20,000 nucleotides of DNA from an uncultured virus (IMG/VR IMGVR_UViG_3300025674_000018) (taxonomy: Duplodnaviria > Heunggongvirae > Uroviricota > Caudoviricetes > Kyanoviridae), in the IMG/VR virus record IMGVR_UViG_3300025674_000018; one strand, given 5' to 3'. The position numbers were made by a program, and so were the translations under genes. Numbering within the stretch: position 1 is the first letter of the stretch; every line of letters starts with the position of its first letter. The notes under the pieces are model-generated. The model worked only from the letters and a program-made list of their open reading frames with translations, searched no databases and was not told where the DNA came from. Below are positions 16,817 through 20,000 of this stretch, piece by piece.

Positions 16817-18519
16817 TTGTATTTGATAAAGTGAGATGGAAGAATTTTCTTTCCACTGGTAATGGATTCACTGAGGTTAATCTAAACACACATAGATCCA
16901 CTCTTGTTATTGGATCAAACGGTGCAGGTAAGTCCACCATGATGGACGCCTTGTGTTTTGCTCTGTTTAACAAACCTTTTCGTAAGATTAACAAACCACA
17001 ACTTGTTAACAGTATTAACGAAAGGGAATGTGTAGTTGAAGTTGAGTTTAGTATTGGGTCTACTGTATACAAAGTAGTAAGGGGTATTAAACCAAATGTC
17101 TTCGAGATCCACAGAAACGGATCACTCATCGATCAGGATGCAGCGAATCGAGACTATCAAAAATACCTTGAGCAAAGCATACTTAAATTTAACTTCAAGT
17201 CTTTTACTCAGGTTGTTATTCTTGGTAGTAGCACTTTTGTGCCTTTCATGCAGCTTCCTGCTGCTTATAGAAGAGAAGTTATCGAAGATCTCCTGGATAT
17301 CCAAGTCTTCTCGCGGATGAATATGCTCCTTAAGGATAGGATTAAGGAGATCAAGACAGAAATGAATGAGTGTGAGCACGCTGTAGCTCTCGCACAGAAT
17401 AGATACGACCTACAAAGCAAGAATGTGCATCGTTTGAGTAGTGTGTATCAGCAAAATAAGGACGAAATTGCTGCAATGCAGTCTTCATGGAAGACTGATA
17501 TCCGAAATTGCGAGAAGGACATCGAGAAAACGCAGATCCAACTAGAAAATGTGGGTGATCTACTAGCAAAATCTGCTGTAAACAAGGACCAATACCACAA
17601 AATGAGGGATCTAATCTCTCAGGTGAAGCAGAAGATTCAATCTAACCTCTCTACGATAGAATTTTTCACTCAGAATGACACCTGTCCAACTTGCACACAG
17701 CAAATTAACGCAGAGTGGAAGGATTCTCACGTCTCTGATCTAAAAAGTAAGGATGAAACTTACTATTCTAAGTTGGAATTGATGCAACCTGCTCTCGAAT
17801 CTATCGAGAATAAGGTAAATGCTGATACTGAGAATGCAAAACTCTATGAGTCTCTCAAGAATGAGTTGAAAAACCTTAGAAACAACAAGAGAGCAGCAGA
17901 AACTCGCTTGAATGAAACTACTATCAAGGAAGACACTCAAGCACTTAAGTGTGAGCAAGAATCCCTAGAGAAATACAAGGAAGATCTTGACGCAAAACTC
18001 GAAGAGTGTGCTAAAGTAAACTCGAATCACCAAGATTATTCCATTGTGTCAAAACTCCTGAAGGATGGTGGCATCAAGACCAAGATCATTCAGAAGTTTG
18101 TCCCAGTGATTAACCAGAGGATCAATAAGTATCTTCAAAGCATGGATTTCTATGTCAACTTCACCTTAGACGAGAATTTCGACGAGAAAATTATGTCACG
18201 CTACCGCGATGACTTTTCTTATGCGTCCTTCTCTGAGGGAGAGAAGCAGAAGATTGACCTTGCTCTACTCTTTACATGGAGGGATGTCGCCAGACTTAAA
18301 AATTCTACCTCCACCAACCTTCTGATTCTGGATGAAGTGTTTGATTCTAGTCTCGATAGCACTGCCACAGAAGAATTGCTTAAGATCCTGAAGGGTTTAG
18401 GCACAAATACTAACTTGTTTATCATCTCTCACAAAGGGGAGTTGCTTTTGGATAAGTTTGAGACTACAATCGAATTCGTTAAAGAAAACGACTTTTCCTC
18501 TTTGCGTATGGATGCCTGA
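16813..18519 (+). CDS. gp46: Recombination ATPase subunit (Rad50/SbcC-like)
   Basis: WKNFLSTGN, Walker A GSNGAGKST, Zn-hook CPTC, signature FSEGEK, Walker B LILDEVFD and ISH. Confidence 0.97.
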   Translation: MIVFDKVRWKNFLSTGNGFTEVNLNTHRSTLVIGSNGAGKSTMMDALCFALFNKPFRKINKPQLVNSINERECVVEVEFSIGSTVYKVVRGIKPNVFEIHRNGSLIDQDAANRDYQKYLEQSILKFNFKSFTQVVILGSSTFVPFMQLPAAYRREVIEDLLDIQVFSRMNMLLKDRIKEIKTEMNECEHAVALAQNRYDLQSKNVHRLSSVYQQNKDEIAAMQSSWKTDIRNCEKDIEKTQIQLENVGDLLAKSAVNKDQYHKMRDLISQVKQKIQSNLSTIEFFTQNDTCPTCTQQINAEWKDSHVSDLKSKDETYYSKLELMQPALESIENKVNADTENAKLYESLKNELKNLRNNKRAAETRLNETTIKEDTQALKCEQESLEKYKEDLDAKLEECAKVNSNHQDYSIVSKLLKDGGIKTKIIQKFVPVINQRINKYLQSMDFYVNFTLDENFDEKIMSRYRDDFSYASFSEGEKQKIDLALLFTWRDVARLKNSTSTNLLILDEVFDSSLDSTATEELLKILKGLGTNTNLFIISHKGELLLDKFETTIEFVKENDFSSLRMDA

Positions 18520-18521
18520 GT

Positions 18522-18857
18522 ATGAAACACATTTTGTTTACCCTTCGGGGTTGCACAAAGAGTTTACTAGATGATGAGAATTTTGTGAGGGATACTGTAT
18601 ATCAGGCATCTGTTAAGTGTAATTCTACCCTGTTAGCGTTAAATTCCCATAAGTTTGATCCACAGGGAGTAACTTGTATTGCCATGCTTGCTGAGTCACA
18701 TATCAGCATTCATACTTGGCCAGAGAAAGGCATGGCAGTCTGCGATATCTTTACCTGTGGTGATCATACACACCCCAAGAAGGGTGTTGAGTATATGAAG
18801 ATGATGTTTGATGCTGATAGTATTACTCACAAGTCATTTAAGCGACCACTAGAATGA
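18522..18857 (+). CDS. speD: S-adenosylmethionine decarboxylase proenzyme (pyruvoyl-dependent family)
   Basis: HKFDPQGVT..MLAE|SHISIHTWPE....CDIFTCG, with the ESH self-cleavage site intact. Confidence 0.93.
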   Translation: MKHILFTLRGCTKSLLDDENFVRDTVYQASVKCNSTLLALNSHKFDPQGVTCIAMLAESHISIHTWPEKGMAVCDIFTCGDHTHPKKGVEYMKMMFDADSITHKSFKRPLE

Positions 18858-19021
18858 AGAATAAATACGAAGTGACATACCATCTTCCCACTACGGGGGC
18901 AAAGCGTCACAAGACCACAGTCACTGCGGTCCATCAACTAGAAGCAAAGAAATTGTTTGAAGCATCGATGCCTTCAGCACAGTTTCTCACTGCTCGCCAG
19001 TTACCAAACTGGCACTCGTGA
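18854..19021 (+). CDS. Hypothetical basic protein (55 aa), absent from the ORF track
   Basis: ATGA overlap with the speD stop. Translation: MKNKYEVTYHLPTTGAKRHKTTVTAVHQLEAKKLFEASMPSAQFLTARQLPNWHS*. Confidence 0.7.
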   Translation: MKNKYEVTYHLPTTGAKRHKTTVTAVHQLEAKKLFEASMPSAQFLTARQLPNWHS

Positions 19022-19052
19022 CCTCCCTCCTCCTGGTGGGGGGTCTTATAGT
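18996..19052 (+). promoter_or_regulatory. Dyad + GC-rich inverted repeat + -10 box, putative early/middle promoter
   Basis: GCCAGTT-ACCA-AACTGGC (18996-19013), GACCTCCC...GGGGGGTC (19020-19045), TATAGT (19047-19052), then ATG 19076. Confidence 0.7.
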
Positions 19053-19075
19053 ATGTGGGTAACCGACAGAGACGA

Positions 19076-20000
19076 ATGACACTCCACACCATCAAAGGTC
19101 AACTTGCTCGCCTTCTTGCTACCGAGAATCTGACGGTTGAGCACAAGAAGTGTGAGACTGCTTCCTTCGATGTCGATACCAGAGTGCTCTCATTGCCCCT
19201 CTGGCTCGTCTCTAACACCGTTTACGACCTCCTTCTGGGTCATGAGGTCGGTCACGCGCTATTTACTCCATGTGATGCCTGGGGAGAGACTGCTGGCACT
19301 ATCCCCAAGTCCTACATCAACATCACTGAAGACGTGCGTGTTGAGAAACTCATGAAGCGTAAGTTTCCTGGTCTTCGCAAAGACTTCTACAATGGTTACC
19401 GTGAGTTGAATGATGATGACTTCTTCGGTATCTCCGATGTGAATGTCGATAAACTCAAACTGATCGATCGCATTAACCTCCACTACAAGATTGGCATCGT
19501 TGATGCAACCAATCCCATCCCCTTCACCCCCGAAGAGCAGGTGTTTGTCGATCGTGCAGGTGCTGCTGAGACCTTCAATGAGGCACTTGAGCTCGCTCGT
19601 GATGTCTTTGAATGGCAACGTGATCAAGATGCCCAGACTCCCCCTGAAACCGAGGACAACACCAACAAAGGCACTGGTGTAGACTCTCAGCAGGCAGACT
19701 CTGAGTCTCCTCAGTCTGAGTGGTCTGAAGAGGCAACTGAGACCCAGGAAGATCGTCAACAATCCACCCCTGGTGGTGCAACCAGCGGTCCCATTAAAGA
19801 AGATAACCTAGGTGGTCACGATGAGATCGAAGAAGGTCACACCGATAAGAGTTTTGAGGAGTCTCTGAAGCACAATCAGGATCAAAACGGTTGGAATTCC
19901 CCCTCCTACTACGATATTCCCAAGATCAATACCAATAGTGTGATCGTGCCCTGGCGTCAGGTCTGGGAAACTGCTGATACTTTCTGGAGTCTGCCCCAAT
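19076..20000 (+). CDS. HExxH metallopeptidase-like protein (CobT/vWA-associated type), 3'-truncated
   Basis: Manual translation MTLHTIKGQLARLLATENLTVEH...FDVDTRVLSLPLW...YDLLLGHEVGHALFTP...NITEDVRVEKLMKRKFPG. Appears open to the window end, which is why the ORF track misses it. An acidic linker follows. Confidence 0.9.
   Translation, partial: MTLHTIKGQLARLLATENLTVEHKKCETASFDVDTRVLSLPLWLVSNTVYDLLLGHEVGHALFTPCDAWGETAGTIPKSYINITEDVRVEKLMKRKFPGLRKDFYNGYRELNDDDFFGISDVNVDKLKLIDRINLHYKIGIVDATNPIPFTPEEQVFVDRAGAAETFNEALELARDVFEWQRDQDAQTPPETEDNTNKGTGVDSQQADSESPQSEWSEEATETQEDRQQSTPGGATSGPIKEDNLGGHDEIEEGHTDKSFEESLKHNQDQNGWNSPSYYDIPKINTNSVIVPWRQVWETADTFWSLPQ

Noticed and set aside
19137..19999. Short track ORFs on both strands in the last 900 nt
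   Set aside because: All lie within the long unlisted HExxH ORF starting at 19076.
1..20000. tRNAs, CRISPR arrays, introns/inteins, intact mobile elements, alternative genetic code
   Set aside because: Intergenic gaps are short, with no cloverleaf or spaced direct repeats seen. Core genes are uninterrupted in the standard code and of expected size, apart from gp18, whose insertions lack intein motifs.

Overview
Core structural and replication region of a T4-like myovirus, most likely a marine cyanophage (Synechococcus/Prochlorococcus type). All credible genes are on the + strand. The order is: terminase gp17 (5'-truncated), small Cys4 protein, tail sheath gp18, tail tube gp19, portal gp20, small acidic protein, protease gp21, scaffold gp22, major capsid gp23, a UUCG terminator, a cluster of seven small ORFs, tail terminator gp3, uvsY, uvsW, Sm-like protein, late sigma gp55, hypothetical, gp47, DUF3110-like, gp46, speD, small ORF, and an HExxH metallopeptidase-like ORF (3'-truncated). 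Late promoter boxes (xxTAAATA) precede several structural genes. Most of the window is conserved core, and I cannot show a wholly new system from sequence alone. The best leads are: (1) a sigma70 promoter for gp55 that lies inside an inverted repeat and contains a nested late box; (2) a dyad + hairpin + -10 promoter architecture before the peptidase; (3) a tail sheath enlarged by tandem beta-rich repeats; (4) host-like genes (speD, DUF3110-like) and an Sm-like gene; (5) four genes missed by the ORF track. All family assignments come from recognised motifs and synteny, not from database searches.
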